DNA of 64,000 bases from Gammaproteobacteria bacterium (lineage in GTDB: Bacteria; Pseudomonadota; Gammaproteobacteria; GCA-001735895): NCBI GenBank assembly GCA_022340305.1, contig JAJDOF010000069.1, positions 26,277 through 90,276 on the forward strand, read 5' to 3'. Numbering within the stretch: position 1 is the first letter of the stretch; the number at the start of each line of letters is the position of its first letter. Position numbers and translations under genes: made by a program. Under the pieces are notes generated by a model. It worked only from the letters and a program-made list of their open reading frames with translations, was not told where the DNA came from and did no database searches. This document shows, piece after piece, positions 9,662-18,908 of this stretch.

Positions 9662-10372
9662 TCAAGCGACGCCTCTGAAATAATTGTCAATGCCCTCGAC
9701 ACTGTTTATCGAGGCGATGCCATCACGAATATCGGCTTCAATGGCACGCCGCAGACCGAACAGGTTACGCTGGCGCAAAGCCTCCAGCGCTTCGACGTGG
9801 CGGTCGACCAGGTAAACTTTTTCCAGTTTGCTAATGGCAATGCGAGAAAACGGCCCGAGCTGCAACCACAGGCTTTCGATCAGGGGTACCGATATCTGGA
9901 AAGGATTCACCTGGTATAAACAGCGATGGAAGGCCTGGTTGTGCAGGCTGATGTGATCCACGTCATCGGCTTCGATGGCCTGATCAATTGCGCCATCGAT
10001 TACCTCCAGAACCTCAATATCTGCTTCTTTTATATAGGGTAATGCACCCTCCGCGGCATGGGTTTCGAGAAGAATTCGCAAGTCGCAGAGTTCTCTGAAC
10101 TTCTCTGGAGTCATCGACGGCACGATCACCCTGCGATTGTTCTTGACCTCGACCGCACCCTCGCAGGCAAGCCGGTGCAGCGCCTCGCGCACTGGCATGG
10201 GACTGACATCGAGAATTTGTGCAAGCCCGCGTATGGTCAGCGCAATGCCCGGCGCGATGCGCCCGCACAACAGGTTGTTGCGCAGCAACTGGTAGACCCA
10301 TTGATGCGTTTTCAGGTCGTCCGACTTTTCGATCATTAGCAGTTTTATGGGTTGTGCGTCGGCAGAGGACAT
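9662..10372 (-). CDS. GntR-family (FadR/FCD subfamily) transcriptional regulator
   Basis: N-terminal winged HTH (IAPGIALTIRGLAQILDVSPMPVREALHRLACEGAV) plus an FCD-type C-terminal domain. Divergent from the amidotransferase gene. Confidence 0.8.
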   Translation of the reverse strand: MSSADAQPIKLLMIEKSDDLKTHQWVYQLLRNNLLCGRIAPGIALTIRGLAQILDVSPMPVREALHRLACEGAVEVKNNRRVIVPSMTPEKFRELCDLRILLETHAAEGALPYIKEADIEVLEVIDGAIDQAIEADDVDHISLHNQAFHRCLYQVNPFQISVPLIESLWLQLGPFSRIAISKLEKVYLVDRHVEALEALRQRNLFGLRRAIEADIRDGIASINSVEGIDNYFRGVA

Positions 10373-10562
10373 AGATTGGTTTTGAGCAGCGGTCAGGCGA
10401 TGATTTAATCACAAATGCGCAATTTTCACCAATGGCAAGGTTGCTAAGGCCGAGGATATGTCTATAAAATATGATCACATTACATGCGATCTGGAAGTCG
10501 GTCGCGATTCCTCAAAACTACGCGGCGATTGTCTCGCAATGCGAGCAGATCAGGGTGTGCAG
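10373..10562. promoter_or_regulatory. Divergent promoter/operator region between the GntR regulator and the amidotransferase gene
   Basis: 190-bp AT-rich spacer with the near-palindromic segment ATGTCTATAAAATATGATCACAT, of the kind GntR-family operators show. Confidence 0.3.
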
Positions 10563-11318
10563 ATGAAAATCGGAATTCTCGAAACCGGATTGGTACGCGA
10601 AGAACTGGCGGATCGACACGATCCCTATCCCGTGATGTTCGAGCGACTGCTGGGACTTGCGGAGCGCAAGCTTGAGTTTGCGACCTTTAGTGTGCTGCGC
10701 GGGGAGATGCCGGAGTCGATAGACGATTGTGACGGATGGTTGATTACCGGATCGCGATACGGTGTCTATGAAAAGCTCGACTGGATGCTGGTGTTACAGG
10801 ACTTTATCCGCGAGCTGGCAGCTGCCGGGCGGCCGTTGATCGGAGTCTGCTTTGGTCACCAGATTATCGCCGAGGCGTTGGGTGGGAAGGTCGTCAAGTC
10901 GGAGCTTGGCTGGAAGGTCGGGGTGCAACGCTATGATCTCGAGCGTCGCTATGACTGGATGGGCGAATCACCATCATCGGTCGCGATGCATGCCTATCAT
11001 CAGGATCAGATCGTGGAATGCCCGCCAGAGGCCGAAGTTTTTTTGAGTTCTGCCGATTGTCCGCTTGCTGGATTGAGTTATGGTGATTCGATTATCAGTG
11101 TGCAGGCGCACCCGGAAATCGAGGAATCCTATGAACGTGATCTGCTGGAATTGTTCGCCGGCCGCTCGCTTCCGCTGGATCTGGCGCAGCAGGGGATTGC
11201 ATCCCTGGATGCCGGCATACCGGTTGATACCCGGCTAGTTGCGAACTGGTTTGTCGAGTTTTTTCTGACTCGCGAAATGACGGCGCAAGCGGCGCCCCTG
11301 GAGCAGTCACAGGCCTGA
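10563..11318 (+). CDS. Class-I glutamine amidotransferase-like hydrolase (PauD/IpuF-type gamma-glutamyl-amide hydrolase candidate)
   Basis: Start MKIGILETG… with catalytic GVCFGHQ (Cys) and a His/Glu triad region. Start placed at ATG 10563 rather than the track's 10458. Confidence 0.7.
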   Translation: MKIGILETGLVREELADRHDPYPVMFERLLGLAERKLEFATFSVLRGEMPESIDDCDGWLITGSRYGVYEKLDWMLVLQDFIRELAAAGRPLIGVCFGHQIIAEALGGKVVKSELGWKVGVQRYDLERRYDWMGESPSSVAMHAYHQDQIVECPPEAEVFLSSADCPLAGLSYGDSIISVQAHPEIEESYERDLLELFAGRSLPLDLAQQGIASLDAGIPVDTRLVANWFVEFFLTREMTAQAAPLEQSQA

Positions 11319-11506
11319 TTCGGGCAGCCGGGATGAAGACACCCGGCCGATCTACTCTGCCCTCGACCTGTACGGGTGGCTGCGCTATCGGCGAGACGTT
11401 TTCCATGAGTGATAGTTGCGTTTTGAAACTATATATCGAACACCGGGTCAATGTATTATACTGTTTTCTTCCACTGACCCGATCCTGATACCTCCGAGCA
11501 CATCTG

Positions 11507-14077
11507 ATGAATATTCTTATCCTTCTGGCTGCCACGCTGGTTTTGTGTTTTGCCGTAGCGCGTCGACAACTTCCGTTATCGCAACTGGCTGCCCTCAGTG
11601 CATTGTTTCTGGCTGTTTATACGCTGGCCGGTGGCTTCAGCCTGTTCTGGGGACTCTTGTGCTGGGCTGCTTTTCTGTTGCCAGTGCTGCTGGGTTTGCC
11701 AACCGTGCGTATGCAGTGGTTATCACGGCCGCTGTTGCGGCGTATTCGCAAGGTGTTACCGCCAATGTCCGAAACCGAGCGCGACGCCATCGAAGCCGGT
11801 AGCGTTTGGTGGGAGGCGGAATTATTTCGCGGCGCTCCGGACTGGCACACCCTGCAGAACTATAAAATACCGGTATTAAGTGAAGCCGAGCGTGCCTTCC
11901 TGGACGGCCCCGTGGAGCAGCTCTGCGCGATGATTGACGACTGGGACATCACCCACCGGCGCATGGACTTGCCACCAGAGATATGGGATTTCCTGAAGCA
12001 GAATCGTTTTTTCGGCATGATCATCCCGCAGCGCTACGGCGGTCTCGAATTCTCGGCGACTGGCCACTCCAGTGTGGTGACAAAAATAGCGTCACGCAGT
12101 ATTTCAGCAGGCGTAACAGTGATGGTACCGAACTCACTGGGTCCGGCCGAGCTGTTGCTGCATTACGGTAGCGAGGCACAAAAAGACTATTACCTGCCGC
12201 GTCTCGCCGATGGGCGTGAGATACCCTGTTTCGCTTTGACCGGGCCTGAGGCCGGCTCCGATGCGGGTGCGATTCCCGATAGCGGCGTGGTTTGCATGGG
12301 GCAGCACGAAGGCAAGCAAGTACTCGGATTACGCCTCAACTGGGACAAGCGTTACATTACCCTGGGACCCGTGGCGACGGTGCTGGGTCTGGCTTTCAAG
12401 GTATTTGATCCTGACGGGTTACTCGGTGGTGAGGAAGAGCTAGGCATTACCTGCGCACTGATCCCGGCCGACACAGCCGGTGTCACCATCGGTAATCGTC
12501 ATTTCCCACTGAATAGTGCGTTTCAAAACGGACCCAATAGCGGTAAGGATGTATTTATTCCAATGGATTACATCATCGGTGGCCAGGCTAACATTGGCAA
12601 TGGCTGGCGTATGCTGGTGGAATCCCTGTCGGTAGGGCGAGGTATTTCGCTGCCCGCGGTCGGTGTCGCGGCGGGTAAGTCCTGTTCACGAAATACCGGC
12701 GCTTATGCCTACCTGCGCAAACAATTCAACACTTCGATCGGCAAGTTTGAAGGTGTCGAGGAAGCCCTGGCGAGTATCGGTGGCATGGCCTATATGATGG
12801 AAGCGGGGCGGATGTTGACATTGAGTGCGCTCGACAGCGGTGAAAAACCTTCCATCATCACCGCCATTCTTAAATGTTATAACACCGAGCATATGCGTCA
12901 GGTGATCAATCACTCGATGGACGTGCATGGCGGACGCGGCATCTGCATGGGCCCGTCAAATTACCTGGCGCGCGCCTACCAGTCTGTTCCTGTGGGTATC
13001 ACCGTGGAAGGCGCAAACATACTGACGCGCAGCATGATTATTTTCGGCCAGGGAGCGATACGCTGTCATCCCTACCTGGTGAGTGAAATGAGTGCTGCGA
13101 CGATGCCGGAATCGGCGGCGGCTGATACCGCGTTTGACCAGGCGCTGCGTGGACATGCGGAATATTTTTTTACCAATTACTGTCGCGCATTTATTTATGG
13201 CATCAGCGCCAGCCACCTGGCGCCCAGCCCATATCCCGGGCGTATAGGCGATTATTACCGACGTCTCGGGCAGATGAGTGCGGCGTTCGCGGTTTGTGCC
13301 GACCTGGTGTTGATGATTCTGGGCGGCTCGTTCAAGCGTAAGGAAAAGCTGTCCGGCCGTTTTGCGGATGCGCTCGCTTACATGTTTTATACGTCTGCAG
13401 CGCTGAAAAAATTCGAAGCCGATGGCGAACCACGCAGTGATTTGCCGTTGGTCGAGTGGACCGCCAAGTACTGTCTTTACCAGGTGCAGATGGCGCTCGA
13501 TGAGATCTTGCGGAACTTCCCGATAAAATGGCTGGGTGTCGTTGTTCGCCATTCCATTTTCCCCCTTGGGCTCAGCCTGCGTCCGCCTAACGATTCGCTG
13601 AGTCACCGGGTTGCGGCCCTATTGATTCGTCCTGGCCCGGCACGCGACCGGTTGACTGCTGGTATCTATATCACCGATGATCCGGATGATATTACCGGTT
13701 GTCTGGAAGATGCCTTGCACAAGGTGATCAAGGCGGAGCCAATCGAGCGGCGTCTACGGCGTAAGAATTTGCAGCAGCATGGGCTGGAGGATTATTCTCA
13801 GTGGATAGCGCGCTTGAAGACTGCCGGGCAGGTATCAGGCGACGAAGCTGATATACTGCTGCGAGCGAGGAAAGCAACAATGAAGGTTGTCCGCGTCGAC
13901 GATTTCACGCCACAGCAACTGTTGAATGAGGCAGCCGCAACCGTCAAGAGCGCTGCCGCCGGGATGCAGCCGGTTAGCAATAAGCAAATTGCGAAGAAGA
14001 CAATTAAAAAGAAATCGGTTAAGAAGAAAGCAGTAAAGAAAAAAGCAGCAACCAAGAAAGCGCAAACACCGGATTAA
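11507..14077 (+). CDS. fadE: Acyl-CoA dehydrogenase FadE (long, membrane-associated) with a C-terminal lysine-rich tail
   Basis: N-terminal TM segment MNILILLAATLVLCF. The ACAD core is collinear with E. coli FadE (about 815 aa). An extra 35-aa tail KKTIKKKSVKKKAVKKKAATKKAQTPD follows. Confidence 0.85.
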   Translation: MNILILLAATLVLCFAVARRQLPLSQLAALSALFLAVYTLAGGFSLFWGLLCWAAFLLPVLLGLPTVRMQWLSRPLLRRIRKVLPPMSETERDAIEAGSVWWEAELFRGAPDWHTLQNYKIPVLSEAERAFLDGPVEQLCAMIDDWDITHRRMDLPPEIWDFLKQNRFFGMIIPQRYGGLEFSATGHSSVVTKIASRSISAGVTVMVPNSLGPAELLLHYGSEAQKDYYLPRLADGREIPCFALTGPEAGSDAGAIPDSGVVCMGQHEGKQVLGLRLNWDKRYITLGPVATVLGLAFKVFDPDGLLGGEEELGITCALIPADTAGVTIGNRHFPLNSAFQNGPNSGKDVFIPMDYIIGGQANIGNGWRMLVESLSVGRGISLPAVGVAAGKSCSRNTGAYAYLRKQFNTSIGKFEGVEEALASIGGMAYMMEAGRMLTLSALDSGEKPSIITAILKCYNTEHMRQVINHSMDVHGGRGICMGPSNYLARAYQSVPVGITVEGANILTRSMIIFGQGAIRCHPYLVSEMSAATMPESAAADTAFDQALRGHAEYFFTNYCRAFIYGISASHLAPSPYPGRIGDYYRRLGQMSAAFAVCADLVLMILGGSFKRKEKLSGRFADALAYMFYTSAALKKFEADGEPRSDLPLVEWTAKYCLYQVQMALDEILRNFPIKWLGVVVRHSIFPLGLSLRPPNDSLSHRVAALLIRPGPARDRLTAGIYITDDPDDITGCLEDALHKVIKAEPIERRLRRKNLQQHGLEDYSQWIARLKTAGQVSGDEADILLRARKATMKVVRVDDFTPQQLLNEAAATVKSAAAGMQPVSNKQIAKKTIKKKSVKKKAVKKKAATKKAQTPD

Positions 14078-14161
14078 CGGGTGAGCAGGTTGTGAGACAA
14101 CAACCGGCCCCAGCTATCAGGGTAGACGAAAAAATCGAATCCCTGCTTTTGGAGGCTTAAT

Positions 14162-15826
14162 GTGAGTATCGAAAAAGTTTGGTTGAAAAGTTATCCCCCC
14201 GGGATCCCGGAGGAAGTGGATCTCGATGCCTATACCTCGGTCACCGATGTATTCGAGCAGGCGATTCGGCGATTTGGTAACAGTCCGTGTTTCGCTAACA
14301 TGGGGACTACCCTGACTTACGACGAGATGGATCGCTATACCGACCAGCTCGCCAGTTACCTGCAAAATCTACCAGGAATGACCAGGGGTGATCGCGTCGC
14401 GGTGATGATGCCTAACGTGTTGCAGAATCCGATCGCGATCTTTGCGATTCTGCGTGCGGGCTTTACCGTGGTCAATACCAATCCGCTGTATACGCCGCGC
14501 GAACTCAGGCATCAGCTCAGTGATTCGGGCGCCAGGGCAATCATCGTGATGGAGAATTTCTGCCACACGCTGTCCGAGGTGATTGCGGATACCCCTGTTC
14601 AATATGTGATTACCACCCAGCTAGGCGACATGTTGAATTTCCCGAAGTCAGTGATCGTTAACCTGGTAGTCAAGTACGTCAAGAAAATGGTGCCAGAATT
14701 TTCGTTGCCGCAGCGCATTACCTTCAAGCAGGCGCTAGCCCAGGGTTCGGGGCAGCACCACCAACCCGTACCGGTAACTCACGATGACATCGCCTTCCTG
14801 CAATATACCGGAGGCACTACCGGAGTTGCCAAGGGAGCGATGTTGACGCACGGCAACATGACCGCAAACATGCAGCAGGCGTCGGCCTGGATCAAGGATG
14901 TCGTCAATGACAATGAGGAGGTTATTATTACCGCCTTGCCGCTCTACCATATCTTTTCACTGACGGCCAACTGCCTGACCTTCATGAAAATTGGGGCTCT
15001 GAATTACCTGATCACCAACCCGCGCGACATGCCCGGTTTCGTTAAGGAATTGCAGGGGTTGCATTTTACCGTACTCACCGGTGTCAATACCCTGTTCAAT
15101 GGCTTGATGAATACCCCCGGCTTTGAGCAGATCGATTTTTCCAACCTGAAGCTCTCGCTGGGAGGTGGTATGGCGGTGCAGAAACCGGTTGCCGAACGCT
15201 GGCAGAAAGTGACGGGATCACCCTTGCTAGAAGCCTATGGATTGACCGAGACATCGCCGGCAGTTTGTATTAACCCGCTGAACCTGAGTGAATTCAACGG
15301 TAGCATCGGATTGCCCGTGCCTTCCACCGAGGTCTCGGTGCAGGATGAAGATGGCCGCTTGTTGCCGCAGGGCGAGGCGGGTGAACTGTGCGTGCGCGGA
15401 CCGCAGGTAATGAAGGGTTACTGGCAGAAACCGGAGGAAACCGCCAGGGTGTTGTCCAGTGACGGCTGGCTCAAGACCGGTGACGTGGCGCAGATGGATG
15501 AACAGGGTTTCTTCCGTATTGTCGATCGCCTCAAGGATATGATTCTGGTGTCCGGGTTCAACGTCTACCCTAACGAAATCGAAACTGTCATCGCCGGCCA
15601 TGAGGGCGTGCTCGAAGTGGGCGTCATCGGTCAACCCGATGACGAAAGCGGTGAAGTCGTCAAGGCTGTTATCGTGCGTAAAGACCCGAATCTCGATGAG
15701 GCCACGATCATTGCGTATTGCCGCGAACGCCTGACCGGATACAAGATTCCCCGGATCGTCGAGTTCAGGGTCGAATTGCCGAAAACCAACGTCGGCAAAA
15801 TCCTGCGCCGCGAATTACGCAAGTGA
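14162..15826 (+). CDS. fadD: Long-chain-fatty-acid--CoA ligase FadD
   Basis: GTG start with GGAGG upstream. AMP-binding motif YTGGTTGVAKGA. FadD-like N-terminus MSIEKVWLKSYP. Confidence 0.85.
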   Translation: MSIEKVWLKSYPPGIPEEVDLDAYTSVTDVFEQAIRRFGNSPCFANMGTTLTYDEMDRYTDQLASYLQNLPGMTRGDRVAVMMPNVLQNPIAIFAILRAGFTVVNTNPLYTPRELRHQLSDSGARAIIVMENFCHTLSEVIADTPVQYVITTQLGDMLNFPKSVIVNLVVKYVKKMVPEFSLPQRITFKQALAQGSGQHHQPVPVTHDDIAFLQYTGGTTGVAKGAMLTHGNMTANMQQASAWIKDVVNDNEEVIITALPLYHIFSLTANCLTFMKIGALNYLITNPRDMPGFVKELQGLHFTVLTGVNTLFNGLMNTPGFEQIDFSNLKLSLGGGMAVQKPVAERWQKVTGSPLLEAYGLTETSPAVCINPLNLSEFNGSIGLPVPSTEVSVQDEDGRLLPQGEAGELCVRGPQVMKGYWQKPEETARVLSSDGWLKTGDVAQMDEQGFFRIVDRLKDMILVSGFNVYPNEIETVIAGHEGVLEVGVIGQPDDESGEVVKAVIVRKDPNLDEATIIAYCRERLTGYKIPRIVEFRVELPKTNVGKILRRELRK

Positions 15827-15923
15827 GGCTGTTTCCTTTGTGGTCGCGGCCTGCCTGGAGTGCCGCGACCCGCTGGTACAATATGTGGGCCAGCGTAACG
15901 GCTAACGCCGATGTCGGCCGAGG

Positions 15924-16238
15924 CTAGTAACCGCTGATTTTTGCGTGCAGCGGCTGGCTGTCCTCAAACTGTTGCATCTGCTCTGCGCTTGCTCCGGTTT
16001 GAAAATCGCGTTTCCAGTCGGCGATACTCATGCCATAGATGTACTGCTGCGCATCGGCATAATCGAAGTCGGGTTGCAGTTTTTTGGCCTCGGCCGAGTA
16101 CCACTTGGATAAACAGTTGCGACAAAATCCGGCGAGGTTCATCAGGTCGATGTTCTGCACATCGCTGCGTTTTTGTAAATGCGCGACCAGCGCGCGAAAT
16201 GCGGCCGCTTCCGCCTCTGTTTGCTGTTCTTTTGTCAT
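15924..16238 (-). CDS. DUF1244-family small protein
   Basis: 104-aa protein with LAGFCRNCLSKWY, characteristic of DUF1244. Confidence 0.55.
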   Translation of the reverse strand: MTKEQQTEAEAAAFRALVAHLQKRSDVQNIDLMNLAGFCRNCLSKWYSAEAKKLQPDFDYADAQQYIYGMSIADWKRDFQTGASAEQMQQFEDSQPLHAKISGY

Positions 16239-16284
16239 GTTTTACCACTCCACTATAATGGGCTGTTTTCAATAAATTATCATC

Positions 16285-18330
16285 ATGCCAGCAATTGATA
16301 TCAAGCACTGGATGCAGGAATTGCTCGGCCAGTTGAGCCACAATCGGCAACGCCAGCTGGTGGCCCTGCAAGGCTCCATGGACTGGTGCGATTCGCAGTT
16401 TAACGCATTAACGCAACTAAACCTGCCTCTACTGGTGATAGCGAACCGGTTGCCGGGCTCCATGGCAGGGCATAGTCCGATTCCATTTAGCAAGGCTGAC
16501 GCCTGTCTCGGTCGCGAGGCCGGGATAGTGGTACTGGATCTGTTCACCGGATTCAATCCGGATGTGTTGTGCATTGCCGCAGGCCTGGTCAAGGCCGGGG
16601 GAGTCCTGGTGCTGTTGGCTCCCGCGGGGGACTGGCAGCGCGACAGCGACCGCTACGCAAGCTGGCAAGATCAATCGCAGTCGCTGCAACCGCGTTTCGC
16701 CGAGTATTTTTTTGCATCATTACAAGCGGATGATGGGATCGGATTGCTGGTGACGCCCGCGAGTGCGCCCATGCCGAAAGCAAGCCTGCCGGTGCTGCAG
16801 CCCACGGAGTTCGAACAGGGTATGACCAGGGCACAAGCCGATTGCCTGCGGCGCATCGAACAATGGTTTGAGCGGGAGCGCCAGGGCCTGGTATTGCTGC
16901 GGGCACAGCGCGGGCGTGGAAAAAGCAGCTGTCTTGGTATGCTGGTCAAGCGGTTGCAGGCGGACTATCGAATTCTGGTTTGCGCCGATTCCCGCAATTC
17001 CGCCGCCGTCCTGTTGCACTGGGTGCCAGAAGCGGAATTTATCGCTCCAGATCGTCTTTTGCAGGAAAATCCAGCGGCTGATCTGCTGGTCATCGACGAA
17101 GCGGCGATGATTCCACTATCGCTGCTGCGCCAGATCTACCGGCTTTACCCGCGTCTGATCATGGCCACCACCACGGGTGGTTACGAGGGTACCGGCCAGG
17201 GTTTCATGCTGCGCTTCGTCGCTGCGCTCGAAGCGCACAGGTTGCTGCAACTCGAACTCGCAGATCCGGTGCGCTGGTGCCGAGGGGACAGGCTTGAGTC
17301 CTGGCTGGACCAGGTGCTGATGCAGAGTGTCGCAACAGAACCTGAAGTGGAGAGTGATAGAGACGCTTCGGCCTGGCAGTGGCAGGTGGTAGAGGATCCG
17401 GGGGCTCTCGATTTTCGCGCCGGCCTGCGCCAGGTCTACCAGCTGCTGAGCGCGGCACACTATCGTACCCACCCTGCAGATTTGCGCATGTTGATGGAAA
17501 ATCCGGATCTGCTGTTGATTATCGCACGCTGTGGCGAGCGTATTGTGGGGGCCGTGTTGCTCAATCGCGAGGGCGGGCTGGAAGCCCATCTCTGTGAACA
17601 GGTTTTTCTCGGCAAGCGGCGACCGAAAGGACACTTGCTGGCGCAAATGTTGACCGCCCAGGCGGGCATCAGCCACTTTGCCGGATACCATGGACTCAGG
17701 GTTTTGCGTATCGCGGTAAGTGCAGGTTTTCGACGGCGCGGTCTGGGGACAGGTCTGCTTGAGCGGTCGCTGGAATTTGCCACTGCGGCCGGACTCGACT
17801 ATCTGGGTGCGAGTTTTGCACTCGATGCGCAAACGACCCATTTCTGGCAACAGGCGGGGTTTTCGCTGGTGCATATCAGTTATGCACAGGGCAAATCGAG
17901 CGGCAATCATTCGCTGGCCATACTGTACGCACTGCAGCCGGCCGTCGCTGCAGACCTGCTGCAGCTGCGGCGACGAATTGAGCAACAATTGCCGATCTGG
18001 ATGACCCAGTTTCTGCAGCACCTCGAAGCCTCACAGGTCGTCGCGCTATTGCAGTTTGTCGGATTTAGCGCCATTTTGAGCGAACTCGAGCAGCGTGAGA
18101 TAGAGGCTTTCGCCTATGGCAACAAAGGTTTCGAACTCTGTTTTGTCAGCCTGCAGAAATTTACCATGCAACGGGTGGCGGAGACGTCTGGCGTGGTCGA
18201 CGATCTGCTGGTTGAAAAAGCGATCCAGAATCGCCCCTGGGAGCGACTCCCGCGCCAGCACAGTGGTGAGGGTCGCAGGCAGTTGCAGCAGCGACTGCGC
18301 GAGTTAGTCGAAGCAATGCTTAAAGCCTGA
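16285..18330 (+). CDS. tmcA: tRNA(Met) cytidine acetyltransferase TmcA
   Basis: 681 aa with Walker A RGRGKSS in a helicase-like domain followed by a GNAT domain, which is typical TmcA architecture. Confidence 0.8.
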   Translation: MPAIDIKHWMQELLGQLSHNRQRQLVALQGSMDWCDSQFNALTQLNLPLLVIANRLPGSMAGHSPIPFSKADACLGREAGIVVLDLFTGFNPDVLCIAAGLVKAGGVLVLLAPAGDWQRDSDRYASWQDQSQSLQPRFAEYFFASLQADDGIGLLVTPASAPMPKASLPVLQPTEFEQGMTRAQADCLRRIEQWFERERQGLVLLRAQRGRGKSSCLGMLVKRLQADYRILVCADSRNSAAVLLHWVPEAEFIAPDRLLQENPAADLLVIDEAAMIPLSLLRQIYRLYPRLIMATTTGGYEGTGQGFMLRFVAALEAHRLLQLELADPVRWCRGDRLESWLDQVLMQSVATEPEVESDRDASAWQWQVVEDPGALDFRAGLRQVYQLLSAAHYRTHPADLRMLMENPDLLLIIARCGERIVGAVLLNREGGLEAHLCEQVFLGKRRPKGHLLAQMLTAQAGISHFAGYHGLRVLRIAVSAGFRRRGLGTGLLERSLEFATAAGLDYLGASFALDAQTTHFWQQAGFSLVHISYAQGKSSGNHSLAILYALQPAVAADLLQLRRRIEQQLPIWMTQFLQHLEASQVVALLQFVGFSAILSELEQREIEAFAYGNKGFELCFVSLQKFTMQRVAETSGVVDDLLVEKAIQNRPWERLPRQHSGEGRRQLQQRLRELVEAMLKA

Positions 18331-18359
18331 TAGTATATCGCCGATCAACGAGGTACAGC

Positions 18360-18899
18360 ATGCCGCAGGAAATTATCGATTTCTGGTTCTCGGACGAAGT
18401 CCGCAAACTCTGGTTCAATTCGACGCCCCAGTTCGATGCGTCGCTGCGCGAGCGCTTTCTTGCGCTGTGGCAGCAGGCAAGCCGCGGTGAGCTGGATCAC
18501 TGGCAGCAAAGCGCCGAGGGTTGCCTCGCGCTGGTGATTATTCTGGACCAGTTTCCGTTGAATATGTTTCGCGGTCAGGCACAGAGTTTTGCTACTGAAG
18601 AGCGGTCGCGTGTTATCGCCCAGGTGGCCATCGATCAAGGTTTCGATCGGGCGCTGGACATCGCACAGCGCGCATTTCTGTATTTGCCGTTTATGCACAG
18701 CGAGACGCTTGCCGACCAGCAGCAAGCACTCGAATTGTTCGCTCAAGCCGGCCTCGAAGACAATCTGCGTTTTGCCCGACACCACCACGACATTATCCAC
18801 AGGTTCGGCCGGTTTCCGCATCGTAACGAAGCCCTCGGCCGTCACAGCAGCGCTGCCGAAATCGAGTACCTGAACTCCAAGCAAGCCTTCACCGGCTGA
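18360..18899 (+). CDS. DUF924-family protein
   Basis: ILDQFPLNMFRG … RFGRFPHRNEALGR motifs. Confidence 0.6.
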   Translation: MPQEIIDFWFSDEVRKLWFNSTPQFDASLRERFLALWQQASRGELDHWQQSAEGCLALVIILDQFPLNMFRGQAQSFATEERSRVIAQVAIDQGFDRALDIAQRAFLYLPFMHSETLADQQQALELFAQAGLEDNLRFARHHHDIIHRFGRFPHRNEALGRHSSAAEIEYLNSKQAFTG

Positions 18900-18908
18900 T
18901 AACGCACA

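Noticed and set aside
10458-10562. Upstream extension of the amidotransferase ORF (MSIKYDHITCDLEVGRDSS…).
   Set aside because: Class-I GATases begin at the conserved MKIGIL… beta-strand. The extension lies in the divergent promoter region and has no coding character.
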